DNA of 64,000 nucleotides, from positions 29,390,001 to 29,454,000 of the forward strand of contig CM059432.1 in NCBI GenBank assembly GCA_030390025.1, given 5' to 3'. Source of the stretch: Squalus acanthias (taxonomy: Eukaryota). The position numbers and the translations under genes were made by a program. Below the pieces are notes generated by a model. It worked only from the letters and a program-made list of their open reading frames with translations. It was not told the origin of the DNA and searched no databases. Position 1 is the first letter of the stretch; the number at the start of each line of letters is the position of its first letter. Of this stretch, positions 24,761 to 35,473 are shown one piece after another.

Positions 24761-26569
24761 TACTTTGAAGTTTAATCTAACAAAGTGGGTGTTGAATCTT
24801 TACTCTACAATAATATAATAAAAGTTATATATGAGTGACAAAGAAATATTTAAATAATATTATCATTAAGTAATATGACACCATCTACAAATACGATCAA
24901 GAACATAATTTAAAAAGTACATTAATTGGGAAGTTATTGGTGCTTTAGTCACAAATCTATAGACATTTGTATCAGTAACTGATACAGATAAAATATGTGT
25001 GTATAGGTAATATATAAAATTAAGCAGGTTTTAAATGTAATTGTAAAGAGGTGAATTTACAATCTTATGCAAATTCAGCAGAAGAGCTGCGTAAACCCTG
25101 ACAAACAGTGTAAGTGGTGCTTCCAACGTGTTTCTGGGATTTCTGCAGCTCTTCCATTGAAATTAACAATGGACAAGTGAGAGAACCTCCAGAGAAATTT
25201 ACCCCCAAAGTTTCAGACTGAAAAATTACATTCGTTATATTCAGGGACTGAAAGCAAATTGAACCAGTGGAATGAGTGATGAGAATGAAATTGTTATGAT
25301 TGATGACTTGATTTAATGTGTAACTGGACAATCACAGTATACTGTGAGAGAAACCTGACCAGAAGCAACAAAAAAATGTATTTAAATGGTATATGTCATT
25401 TTTTATAGTGCAGATCAATTCACTACAATTACTGTTGAGTTGGAAGGCAACAGCCGAGAATATCCAGTGAAAAATGTATTTCCCTCACCATCCAGGGTAG
25501 GAGGGGAGCCTTCAGCACTCACATCCCTTCAGGAATGTCTGAATTAACATTTACCAGTAGTTTTTCAAGTAGCAGAGAATCTCCTTCAATCTGTTAGCTG
25601 ATGTAATCAACATGTTTTTATTTTGGTTTGATTTGTTTTCCATGCTGTCAAGTAATCAGCTGGAGAAATGGCTCACACCTCAGGTTGACAGACGTAATTC
25701 CTGAGCTGCGTGAATCCCGTGGCCATGCAGGGAAATTTAAAAAGTAAATGAAAAAAGGTTCTTTAGTGCCTGTAAACTACCTGATAATCATCTCAATTGG
25801 GTCCCCCCGCCGCCGCCGGTCAGGTCGGCTCCACGATGACAGATATGCCTGGGGAAAAGGCACGTGAGAGTGAGATGACAGCGGGTTCCCGACCCGATGT
25901 CAAAAATAACAACATTCCCACCCGACCCGCCACCGATCGCGCCCACTACCACCCCGGATGATTCAGCCCTTTGGAACGTCCTGAGGTCATGAAAGGCACT
26001 ATATAAATGCAAGTTTTTCATCCCATCAGTTTGAGCTAAATTTTCAACCATGTCCCACAGGTCAAAGGGCAGTAGAGCCGATTCCCTGACTGGATGACAA
26101 AACATTGCTTTGATCATCTGGCTGCCATGTCCACTCAAAGATGCTGGAATTGTCATTTAAATAATTTGAACATGCTACCTGCACATTTCCTCAGTGTGGC
26201 TGGAGTACAATAGTAACAGCTAAGTAGGGAACAAGGAATGCAGGAGTTATTAAAGGGTTGCTGCTTTTAAAGTGCTGCTGCATAACATTGCACACAACCT
26301 GACTGTTTAGCTAAGAAGATGGTAGAAACTGGCCCCCACCACTGAAGCTAGCCTAGATATGCTGTTGGATAAGGTGCAGCAGAGGAAAGTGAAACTGAGA
26401 TACCAACATACGAAAATGATAGGCAGGAAAAGACTATCTGGTCCTTCAAGCCTGCCCCACACTCATGATTCCTGGAGCATTGTGACTAGACACTTCATAC
26501 CCTGCCCCCAACCCTCCTGCTGCCATGTAATCTCCTAAGTAAGCGCATTGGGACATTTTACTATGTTAA

Positions 26570-27090
26570 CTTGAGGTCATTCCAAAACTCTGCTGCCCGT
26601 GTCCTAACTCGCACCAAGTCCCGTTCGCCCATCACCCCTGTACTCGCTGACCATCATTGGCTCCCAGTTAAGCAGCGCCTCGATTTCAAATTTCTCATCC
26701 TTGTTTTCAAATCCCTCCATGGCCTGGCCCCTTGCTATCTCTGTAATCACCTTCAGCCCCACAACCCCCCGAGATATCTGCTCTCCTCTAATTCTGCCCT
26801 CTTGAGGATCCCTGATTATAATCGCTCAACCTTTGGTGGCCGTGCCTTCTGTTGCCTAGGACCTAAGCTCTGGAATTCCCTGCCTAAACCTGTCCGCCTC
26901 GCTACCTCTCTTTCGTCCTTTAAGACGCTCCTTAAAACCTACCTCTTTGACCAAGCTTTTGGTCACTTGCCCTAATTTCTCCTTATGTGGATCGGTGTCA
27001 AATTTTTTTGTCTTAAAATACTCCTGTGCAGCACCTTGGGACATTTTACTATGTTAAAGGTGCGATATAAATACAAGTTGTTGTTGTTGT
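26570..27090 (+). mobile_element. L2 LINE 3' fragment
   Basis: QNSAARVLTRTKSRSPITPVLADHHWLPV...KLWNSLP...FKTLLKTYLF; (TTG)n tail. Confidence 0.9.
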
Positions 27091-28732
27091 TGTTAAAGGT
27101 GTTATATAAATGCAAGCTGTTGTTGTTGTTCAGAGGCAAAGAAAAAGAAACCATGGGGAAAAAAATCTGAAAAATTCCTCTCTGACCCCACAGGAGACCA
27201 CATTGACCATGGGCGTGTTAACTGTTAAATCACTTTTTATAAGATGTAAAATCTTCTACCCCCTAATTACCAAGTCTGTAAAGCTGCAGCTGTAACTGGG
27301 GTGGCTCGCAAGGTGGAAAGGCTTCCTTTGCCTCATTAAACTATTGTATGTTTTGTCAACAAATCACTACGGTTTCTCAAAATATTTGCATTCTCCATGT
27401 TTATCCTTTCACAACAGGAGTAAGGAGGGGTATGGTAGGCTAGTGCTTATGGTACTGGACTAGTAATCCAGATGAATGCGAGTTCTAATCCTGTCCTGAG
27501 AGTTTGAATTCAGTTTTTCTTTTAAATATAGATATAATTTTAAAAACTGGTATCAGTAAAAAATGACCATGAAGCTGTTGGATTGTTGTAAAGACCCAAC
27601 TGATGTGCTTCGGAGAAGGAAACCTGCCATACTTACAAGGTCTGGCCTATATGTTAACTCTTACCTGCCCTCTAAAGTGAGCTGTCAAGCCATTCAGCCT
27701 TCTCAGGACAACTAGGGATGAACAATAAATGCCAACCTTGCGAGCAACGCCCACATCCTGAGAATGATTGTTTTTTAATTGTAGAGTGGTCACTTGAGGG
27801 TCCTCACACGTTATATCCTTAATCTGAAAGTGTCTGTTTGGTCTGTCTTGAAAGGAGAAGAATGGCCCTCAGCCATTGAGAGACAACCTGCTCTGATGGC
27901 AGACTAGCTAACCTGTACCGCCTCATTCGCCATGAGTTGCTGGCTCAACAAAATATTGCGGAGGAGCCCATAGAAGTCTGTGAGGGAAGGCTTGGTGGCT
28001 TTGTAGCAGGCCAACAGTTAATTGTTCTCTTCAACTTTATTCTCTTGCTAGTCCTCAGTGAGTCACAAACTGATGCATTTTCCCATGAGTATCATGCACC
28101 TGTATTGATCTTGCTGTTGTGCGCAGGACCATTTGCCACATGCCTCCCATTCTCTTTGAGTAGGGAGCTCCCAAGATGATGCAGCTGGTATCCGGGATGA
28201 ACAGGACACTGGTCCAACACGCAAGCACCCGTCTAGCACTCCTCAGCCTACTGGCCCCAGCACAGACACATCCACATTGGAGGATTCAGATAGAGAGCAT
28301 CATAAGGGAACATCTAATGAAGCACCCAGCACCCAGTGCAGAAGAGCAGGTAGAGATGGAAGCATTCAAGAGCAACATTTGAAGGAGTCAATCCACTATT
28401 ACATCAAGCAGATCCCAGAAGCCTTGCTTGACAGGGGCACCACTTTTGTCACTATCCCTATGTAAAGGAGGCCACAGCATGAGAGGGAGCAGTACTCTAC
28501 CAGGTGGCAGGCTTCCCTAAAGTGCAGGGCCTCATTGTTGGTACACCCTAACAACAACCCATGGCATTTAGGAATTAGAAAGGCTTTCATTCCATCAATG
28601 TACAGTCGATATTGGATTGTAAGAACGGGAGGTGAATGCAGCCATAATGTGATTATCTTATGCCAGTCCACTGTGCCAGCATTATTTCAAGCAGCAGGCA
28701 GGCTGGACAAACTATTCCATTTATTATTGTAT

Positions 28733-28970
28733 TGTTGAGGCTGCCGCGAAACACAAATTAAGGCTGAATCCATGTGTGGAAAACAAGAGACTTTTTTAAT
28801 AACTGCATGGTACAAAATGGTTGAACTGACTGCTCCCAGAATTCTCTGGAAAAATCCTGAGGCCCCGCCCACTCCTGCCTTAAAGGTAAGGTGCCTTAAA
28901 GGGAAGGTGCTCGATATTTGTCCACGGACGGAAAAGTGGATGATGCCCGTTTAGGTGGCGATCCGCCACA
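28733..28970 (-). repeat. 3' LTR of Gypsy element
   Basis: Direct repeat of 32828-33065; on the minus strand preceded by G-rich ggattctgggggtagctg (PPT-like), just after the pol stop. Confidence 0.95.
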
Positions 28971-28990
28971 CAGCTACCCCCAGAATCCGC

Positions 28991-31900
28991 TTAGGAGGTG
29001 TGGACGAGATGGTGCGGCAGTCTGATGGGCCGGCCGGAGCGGCTCTTGTAGGATGCCGGTGGACGTGGAACGGCTGGGTGAACTGGCTTGAGGGCAGGTC
29101 GGCCGCGTGGAAGTGGACGAGCTACAGGGACCTGCTCACCGGGCTCCGAGTGTGCTGGCTTGAGTCGGTCAACCAACACTTTTTCGGTCCTGTCGCCCAC
29201 TTGCAGGGTGAAAAATTTGTCCCCAGCCTGTAGCACCTTGTAGGGCCCGTCATACGGGGGTTGAAGAGGTCCGCGGTGGGCGTCGTGCCGGACGAAAACA
29301 AACCGTGCCTGGTGCAGGCTTAGTGGGATGTGTGAGGTGAATTCGTCGTGTCGGGCAAAGGCCACCGGGGCGAACTGCAGCGCCGGTGAGGCGAAGTCGT
29401 GGCGTTGCTGGTCGGCTGACCAGAGTGTCGTGGCGGTGGGCAGGAACTCGCCGGGTACGCGCAGCGGCTGACCGTACACGAGGTCTGCTGCCGATGCGTG
29501 GCGGTCTTCTTTAACCGCGGTGCGCAGGCCGAGGAGGACCCACGGAAGTCGGTCGGTCCAGGCGCCATCCTGGACGCTGGCTCGAAGAGATGCCTTCAAG
29601 GATCTGTGGAATCGCTCACACAGTCCGTTGGCTTGGGGGTGGTATGCTGTGGTGCGGTGAATGGTCACCCCGAGATTGCGTGCGACGGCGGTCCAGAGTT
29701 CAGAGGTAAATTGCGGACCTCTGTCCGACGTCATGTCGGAGGGGACGCCGAACCGTGCGACCCAGGTGCTGACGAAGGCTCTGGCGATGTCGGCGGTGGT
29801 GGTAGAGGTCAGTGGAATTGCCTCGGGCCAGCGTGTGGTGCGGTCAACGATGGTCAGCAAGTGCGTGTGGCCTTGCAACGGCGGCAGGGGCCCGACGATG
29901 TCCACGTGGATGTGGTCGAATCTCCGCGAGGGGACGGTAAACTCCTCGAGGGGTGCTTTCATGTGTTGCTGTACCTTGGCCCGTTGGCAGGCTAGGCAGG
30001 AGTTGGCCCAAGTACGCACATCCTTGCGAAGGCCGCGCCAGACGAAGCGGTTGGCTACCAATTTGGTGGATGCGCGGGCGCCGGGGTGGGAGAGGTTGTG
30101 GAGAATGTCGAATACCCGGCGGCGCCAGGACGCTGGGACGACGGGCCGAGGTTGACATAGGGATATGTCGCACTTGACCGTGACTGCAGTCGGGCCACAG
30201 GCGACGTCGGCCAGGCGTAGCCCTGGTAGGTTGGTGGGTGCGGAGAGCAGATCAGGGTCGGTGATCTGGTCTGCTGCGAGTTGAGCGTAGTCGACTGCCA
30301 GGTGTGCGGCATGGATGGCGGGGCGGGAGAGGCAGTCGGCTACCACATTGTCTCGGCCGGAGACGTGTTGGATGTCCGTGGTGAACTCGGACACTGCCAC
30401 GAGCTGGCGCTGCTGCCTGGCGGACCAGGGGTCAGTTGTCTTTGCCATTGCGAATGTCAGGGGCTTGTGGTCGACAAACGCAGTGAAGGGGTGGCCCTCA
30501 AGCAAAAACTGGAAATGGCGGACCACCAGGAACAGTGCGAGGAGCTCGCGGTCGAAGGTGCTGTACTTGACCTCCAGGGGGCGTAGTTGGCGGCTGAAGA
30601 AGGCAAGTGGTTGCCAGGCGCCGTCGACCCACTGCTCATACACGCCGCTGACCGCGTGGTCGGAGGCGTCCATGGTGAGCGCTACCCTGGCATTGGGCCG
30701 TGGGTGCGCGAGCAGGGTGGCGTTGGCGAGCGCGGTCTTGGTGGAGTCGAAGGCGGCGGACGCGTCTGCCGTCCATTCGACCGCCAACTTGCCGCTCCTG
30801 CCCCGGAGGGCTTCATACAGGGGCCTCATGAGGGACGCCGCTTTGGGGATGAAGCGGTTATAGAAATTCACCATCCCGAGGAACTCCTGGAGGCCTTTGA
30901 TGGTGGTGCGGCGGGGAAATTGTTGGACGGCCTGCAGCTTGGTGGGCAGGGGAATGGCCCCAGCATGGGTGATGTGGTGGCCGAGGAAGTCGATCTTGTC
31001 CAGGCCGAACTGGAATTTGGCTGGGCTGAGTATGAGCCCGTAGTCGCTGAGGCGCCCGAACAGGATGCGAAGGTGTTCGAGGTGTTCCTGCTTGGAGGAA
31101 CTGGCTACCAGGATGTCGTCCAGGTAGACGAACAGGAACTTCAGGTCCCGAAGGACCGAGTCCATGAGCCGTTGGAATGCCTGGGCCGCGTTTTTGAGGC
31201 CGAAGGGCATCCGCAGGAACTCGAACAGGCCGAAGGGGGTGATTACGGACGTCTTGGGGACGTCCGCGGCGTGGACGGGGACTTTGTGGTAGCCGCGCAC
31301 CAGGTCGACCTTGGAAAACACTGAGCGGCCGGCCAGTCTAGCCGAGAAGTCCTGAATGTGCGGTACAGGGTACCGATCAGTGGTGGTGGCGTCGTTGAGG
31401 CGGCGGTAATCCTCGCAGGGGCGCCAACCTCTGCCTGGTTTGGGGGCGATGTGGAGTGGGGAGGCCCAGGGACTGTTGGAGCGGCGGATGATGCCGAGCT
31501 GTTCAATGGTGGCAAACTCGGTCCGCGCGATCTCCAGTTTGGTCCGGTCCAGCCTGCGGGCGTGGGCGTACACTGGGGGGCCTGTGGTGGGGATAAAGTG
31601 TTCCACCCCGTGTTTGGTGGCCTCCTCGGAGAAGGTCGGATTGGTAAGGGCCGGGAATTCGGCCAGGAGTGACGAGTAGTCATCCGTGGCCCGGGCGTGG
31701 CACTGTGACGCCATGTCGGCAGGTTGACGGGGGGCCATGGCGCCCAGGATGGGGGACATGGTGTTCATGCTCACGAGGCGGTGACGGGGGATGTCTACCA
31801 GTAGGCCGTGGGCGCACAGGAAATCTGCGCCGATGAGAGGGGAGAGCACCTTGGCAGTGATGAACTCCCATCGGTAGCGGCGGCCAGCGAGGTCGAGGGT

Positions 31901-32371
31901 GACTGTCCGGGTGCCATACGTCCGGATTTCCAAGCCGTTAGCAGCAGCCAGCGCCGGTCCTCGTTCGCCCTTTTGGATGTCGAGGGAGGAGGCCCGGATG
32001 ATGCTGTGCTGAGCCCCAGTGTCGCACAGGAACCGACGGCCGGTTTTGTCATCCGTAACGAACAGCAGGGAGCCCGCGTGGCCCACGGCCATCGCGGGGG
32101 CTGGTACGGGGGCGGACTTGAAAGAGCAGGGAGGTGTGCACCGTTGTGCCCTGGCGCTGAACCGTGCGTGGTAGTAACAGTGGCCCGGGTTAGTGGGGCG
32201 TGAAGGCCCCGTGTGCCTGGTGGCAGGCCCTTGTGGCCGCGTGGTGGCCGGTGAGGGGTGCGCCCAGGCATTGGCTGCCAGGTCCGGAGTGACGTCGCGG
32301 CTGGAGTGAGCGGACAGCAGCGTGTCGGCCTCACCGGCCAGGGCTTCCAGGTTCGTGAGGCCGGACGCCAC
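28991..32371 (-). CDS. pol: Gypsy gag C-terminus plus pol polyprotein (protease, RT, RNase H, integrase)
   Basis: 1126-aa open frame: C-x2-H-x9-C-x3-C (32126-32179), protease DTG (~32023), RT YLDD (31115-31126), RNase H DAS/VADCLSR, integrase HHCC and DDE (HVDIVG, SDRGPQF, NGLCERF), GPY motif. Confidence 0.95.
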   Translation of the reverse strand: MASGLTNLEALAGEADTLLSAHSSRDVTPDLAANAWAHPSPATTRPQGPATRHTGPSRPTNPGHCYYHARFSARAQRCTPPCSFKSAPVPAPAMAVGHAGSLLFVTDDKTGRRFLCDTGAQHSIIRASSLDIQKGERGPALAAANGLEIRTYGTRTVTLDLAGRRYRWEFITAKVLSPLIGADFLCAHGLLVDIPRHRLVSMNTMSPILGAMAPRQPADMASQCHARATDDYSSLLAEFPALTNPTFSEEATKHGVEHFIPTTGPPVYAHARRLDRTKLEIARTEFATIEQLGIIRRSNSPWASPLHIAPKPGRGWRPCEDYRRLNDATTTDRYPVPHIQDFSARLAGRSVFSKVDLVRGYHKVPVHAADVPKTSVITPFGLFEFLRMPFGLKNAAQAFQRLMDSVLRDLKFLFVYLDDILVASSSKQEHLEHLRILFGRLSDYGLILSPAKFQFGLDKIDFLGHHITHAGAIPLPTKLQAVQQFPRRTTIKGLQEFLGMVNFYNRFIPKAASLMRPLYEALRGRSGKLAVEWTADASAAFDSTKTALANATLLAHPRPNARVALTMDASDHAVSGVYEQWVDGAWQPLAFFSRQLRPLEVKYSTFDRELLALFLVVRHFQFLLEGHPFTAFVDHKPLTFAMAKTTDPWSARQQRQLVAVSEFTTDIQHVSGRDNVVADCLSRPAIHAAHLAVDYAQLAADQITDPDLLSAPTNLPGLRLADVACGPTAVTVKCDISLCQPRPVVPASWRRRVFDILHNLSHPGARASTKLVANRFVWRGLRKDVRTWANSCLACQRAKVQQHMKAPLEEFTVPSRRFDHIHVDIVGPLPPLQGHTHLLTIVDRTTRWPEAIPLTSTTTADIARAFVSTWVARFGVPSDMTSDRGPQFTSELWTAVARNLGVTIHRTTAYHPQANGLCERFHRSLKASLRASVQDGAWTDRLPWVLLGLRTAVKEDRHASAADLVYGQPLRVPGEFLPTATTLWSADQQRHDFASPALQFAPVAFARHDEFTSHIPLSLHQARFVFVRHDAHRGPLQPPYDGPYKVLQAGDKFFTLQVGDRTEKVLVDRLKPAHSEPGEQVPVARPLPRGRPALKPVHPAVPRPPASYKSRSGRPIRLPHHLVHTS

Positions 32372-32429
32372 GATCGCTGGGCGGATGCTGAGAGGGAGCT
32401 GGCGGATGAACAGCGTGCGGAAGAGGGAT

Positions 32430-32787
32430 TCGGTGGGCTCTCGTCGGTGAGGGAGAGCATGTGGGAGAGGAGGTCTGACGGTGAGGCATCACCGAGGCCT
32501 GGAAGGTCGAGGAGCTGGCAGTTTCGCTGATATGCCGAGGCTGTAAATTTTTTAGGGAGCGCTGTCTTCAGATGTGCGTACTTGCCTTCCTCTGGTGGGT
32601 TCTGCAGCGCTGTCCAAACCTTCGAAACTGCGGCGCTACCGAGTGATGTGACGAGATAGTCGTACTTCGTCCCATCTGTGGTGATGTTTCGCAGTTGGAA
32701 GCGAGATTCAGCTTGGAGAAACCAGGCTTCGGGCTGGTTTTCCCAAAACTCCGGCAGTTTCACGGAAACTGCGTTCGTGTCCGCCAT
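32430..32787 (-). pseudogene. gag: Gypsy gag N-terminal part, separated from the rest of gag-pol by a 1-nt frameshift near 32435
   Basis: MADTNAVSVKLPEFWENQPEAWFLQAESRF...KYDYLVTSL is typical Gypsy gag; the gag-like continuation LFRTLFIRQLPLSIR lies in the pol frame. Confidence 0.85.
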
Positions 32788-32812
32788 TGCAGTGCTCGGA
32801 ATACGTTCTGAG

Positions 32813-32826
32813 CGTCGGGGTCACCA
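32813..32826 (-). promoter_or_regulatory. Primer binding site for tRNA-Trp
   Basis: Minus strand TGGTGACCCCGACG, 1 nt inside the 5' LTR boundary; complementary to the vertebrate tRNA-Trp 3' end (...CGUCGGGGUCACCA). Confidence 0.9.
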
Positions 32827-32827
32827 A

Positions 32828-33065
32828 TGTTGAGGCTGCCGCAAAACACGAAATAAGGCTGAATCCATGTGTGGAAAACAAGAGACTTTTTTAATAACTG
32901 CATGGTACAAAATGGCTGAACAGACTGCTCCCAGAATTCACTGGAAAAATCCTGAGGCCCCGCCCACTCCTGCCTTAAAGGTAAGGTGCCTTAAAGGGAA
33001 GGTGCTCGATATTTGTCCACGGACGGAAAAGTGGATGATGCCCGTTTAGGTGCCGATCCGCCACA
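32828..33065 (-). repeat. 5' LTR of Gypsy element
   Basis: tgttgaggctgccgc...gatccgccaca; direct repeat of 28733-28970 with 7 substitutions by manual alignment; adjacent to PBS. Confidence 0.95.
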
Positions 33066-34179
33066 GTATGCTCCATAAGTTCCTCCCCATTTAACTCCCA
33101 TTCAGCTATAATATTTAAGTTTTTCTAACCTTCCCACATAATTCAGTCACTAGGGATCATTCTTGTGGTCCTTCTCAACACCACTTTCAAGGCTCTAATA
33201 TTTCCATTGTGGCTTTGTGACCAAAACCAAGCACAGTATTCACTTTGAAGTATAAATAGGACTGACTTGCCTGGGCTTTGATGATCAGATTGTCAATGCT
33301 TGGTGGCCACATATGGCCCTAGAGCCGTTGATTGGACACCCCTGCTTAACCGAACATTATGGGTTCATTTTGACTGTTCCGGTAGCGAAGAGGTCTCTGT
33401 GAGTTTTAGGCCTCTAAACTTTGCCAGGTGAGTTGTGGGGCGCCAAATAGCTCGCCGGATTGAGGCCGCAAGATCAGGCTGGGGCGGCCGCCAGCAAGGT
33501 AAGGGAGAGGGGTCATAATCACAGAGGGTGGGGATTCTGGGGTGGCAGCAGCCCCAATTATTTTTGTGGGCACCAGAGGAGTACTTATTCTTTTCCGGGG
33601 CCCACAAAAATAATTCCAGTCTTACCTTTAGCTGATCTCTTCAGTTCCATCACCCGTGGCACTACGCAGGCTCTGACCAGTTACGACCTAAATGGCAATC
33701 GGGGTCCTATTTCCATTGAAAGACCCTGATTTCCATATTAAAAGGGCCCTATGAAACAGGCAGTAAGACTGACGACACCATTTTGAGGCCATTACCACCT
33801 CGTTAGCGCCAGGCAAAGGCAGTGAAAATCTAGTATTGTGGAAATTTGCACTGTCACCTGTGGAATATGATAGCTTCATGCCTGTACTCATGTTTACCTA
33901 TCTGCAGGATCACAGATCTGAACAGGAGAAAAGATAGAAACAGTGACCTTGTAAAAGGAGTGTTTTTTCCACAATTTAATTCAAACCTAGTTGAATGCGC
34001 TCAATTTCCACCTTGGAAGATTGGTCTGGAGTCATTCAGCTCTTTCAGAAGTTTGAGTTGGTTGTTTTGAGTCTATGATCATGCTGATTGCATATATTTG
34101 TGTACAGAGTTAGTTTGACAGGTCAAAGAGCCATTTTCCTGTTCCAAATTTGTTATGTTGTTTATGTTACCATTGGATT

Positions 34180-34365
34180 ATTACATAGGATATACGGCAC
34201 AGAAACAAGCCATTCAGCCCAACCAGTCCATGCCAGCATTTATGCTCCACTCGAGCCTCCTCCCGTCATTCCTCATCTAAATCTATCAGCATAACCCTCT
34301 ATTCCCTTCTCCCTCATATGCTTGTCTAGCCTCCCCTTAAATGCATCGATACTATTCGCTTCAAT
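34180..34365 (-). mobile_element. CR1 3' end
   Basis: Closely similar to 15985-16170. Confidence 0.8.
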
Positions 34366-35007
34366 TATGTTCATGTGTATTTTTAAATATTACTTTTAAA
34401 GATTTATTTTTAAAGCCAGTGTTCAATTGGTGATGTTTGCTGCCTTCCCTTCCCACAATGCATCTGCAAAGAAGGTGTCTTGCTGCCAAACATACATCAG
34501 TTGTGAAAATAGCCAGGCTGAAAGCTAATCCATCTGATCAATGGGTATTCCCTGAAGAGTCAGGATAGCTATCAATGGAGTGGAGCGAAGATACATCACA
34601 AATCCATTTCGGTGGCTGGGGAACTCTCTAGAAACTGGCTGTCAATATTGGAACAGTGGGAAGCTGTTTTAAGCATGAAGTCAGCACAACAATGTCTATC
34701 TATTTATTTATCTGTCGATCTTATTAAAAAAAGGTCAAGTTTGGGCCCACTGTTCTAGTCAGCTGTTTGCCTATGTGAATCAGATCCAAGTCCTCTATTC
34801 CTTCTCCAGCAATCAGATTAGTCTGTGGGAATTAGGTGACCAATGGCAGTGGGGACTCACTGCAATTCTTTTCTCCAAGAATGGTGCCGCTCTTGTGCCT
34901 CACCTCTCCTCAACCCACTCCCACCTTGACTTCATCAGCCTGGGCCACAAGTGTGTCCCAGAAGTCTCAGGCCAATGGTCTCTAGTCTCCCCTCTCAGCT
35001 CCAAGAG

Positions 35008-35217
35008 TCAGCTTGGCTCAACTGTTAGCACTCTTAACTCTGAGTTAACAAGTTGTGGGTTCAAGCCCTACTGAGGAAAATAATGCATTCTCATAGGTGC
35101 TGGTCTCTGATGTTAAATCAGAGCCTGTTCCAATGGTTAAAGTTCCCATGGCACTATTTGAAGAAGAGTAGGAAATTCACTCGGTGTCCTGCCCAAAATC
35201 TCTGCCTCAGTGAATGC
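35008..35217 (+). mobile_element. Degraded Deu-domain SINE, interrupted by the Harbinger at 35221
   Basis: gtcagcttggctcaactgttagcactc...cccatggcactatttgaagaagag. Confidence 0.6.
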
Positions 35218-35473
35218 CATGGGCTCGATTTTGCCATTGGGAGCGGGCTGGGGCATGTCAGGTGGTTTTCGTGTCAGGACCCCGATTCCGATGTGAAGTG
35301 GGGAACTTGATTTCCAGCATGTGGAAACTCCCGGCCCAATGAGTCTTTTCATACAGAAAGTCGCCTCCGATAATGTCATCAATGCTGCTGGATTTAAGGC
35401 CTGCAAGCGGCCTTGCTTCTTCTGGAGACTTTAAACTTTATGCCCATTGTTGTGATCGATTCATTCAGCAACT

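Larger units (their letters stand above)
28733..33065 (-). mobile_element. Full-length Ty3/Gypsy LTR retrotransposon, CsRn1/Kabuki/Boudicca-like
   Basis: Two 238-bp direct LTRs with TG...CA ends; 4-bp TSD GTAT (28729-28732 and 33066-33069); tRNA-Trp PBS; gag-PR-RT-RH-IN order; CHCC gag knuckle. Confidence 0.97.

Noticed and set aside
31795..32430. C-terminal part of the 330-aa gag ORF
   Set aside because: Out-of-frame read-through after the frameshift; true gag motifs are in the pol frame
29320..32530. Long overlapping and antisense ORFs (e.g. 30587-31324, 245 aa)
   Set aside because: Expected shadow ORFs of a GC-rich pol gene; no recognisable domains
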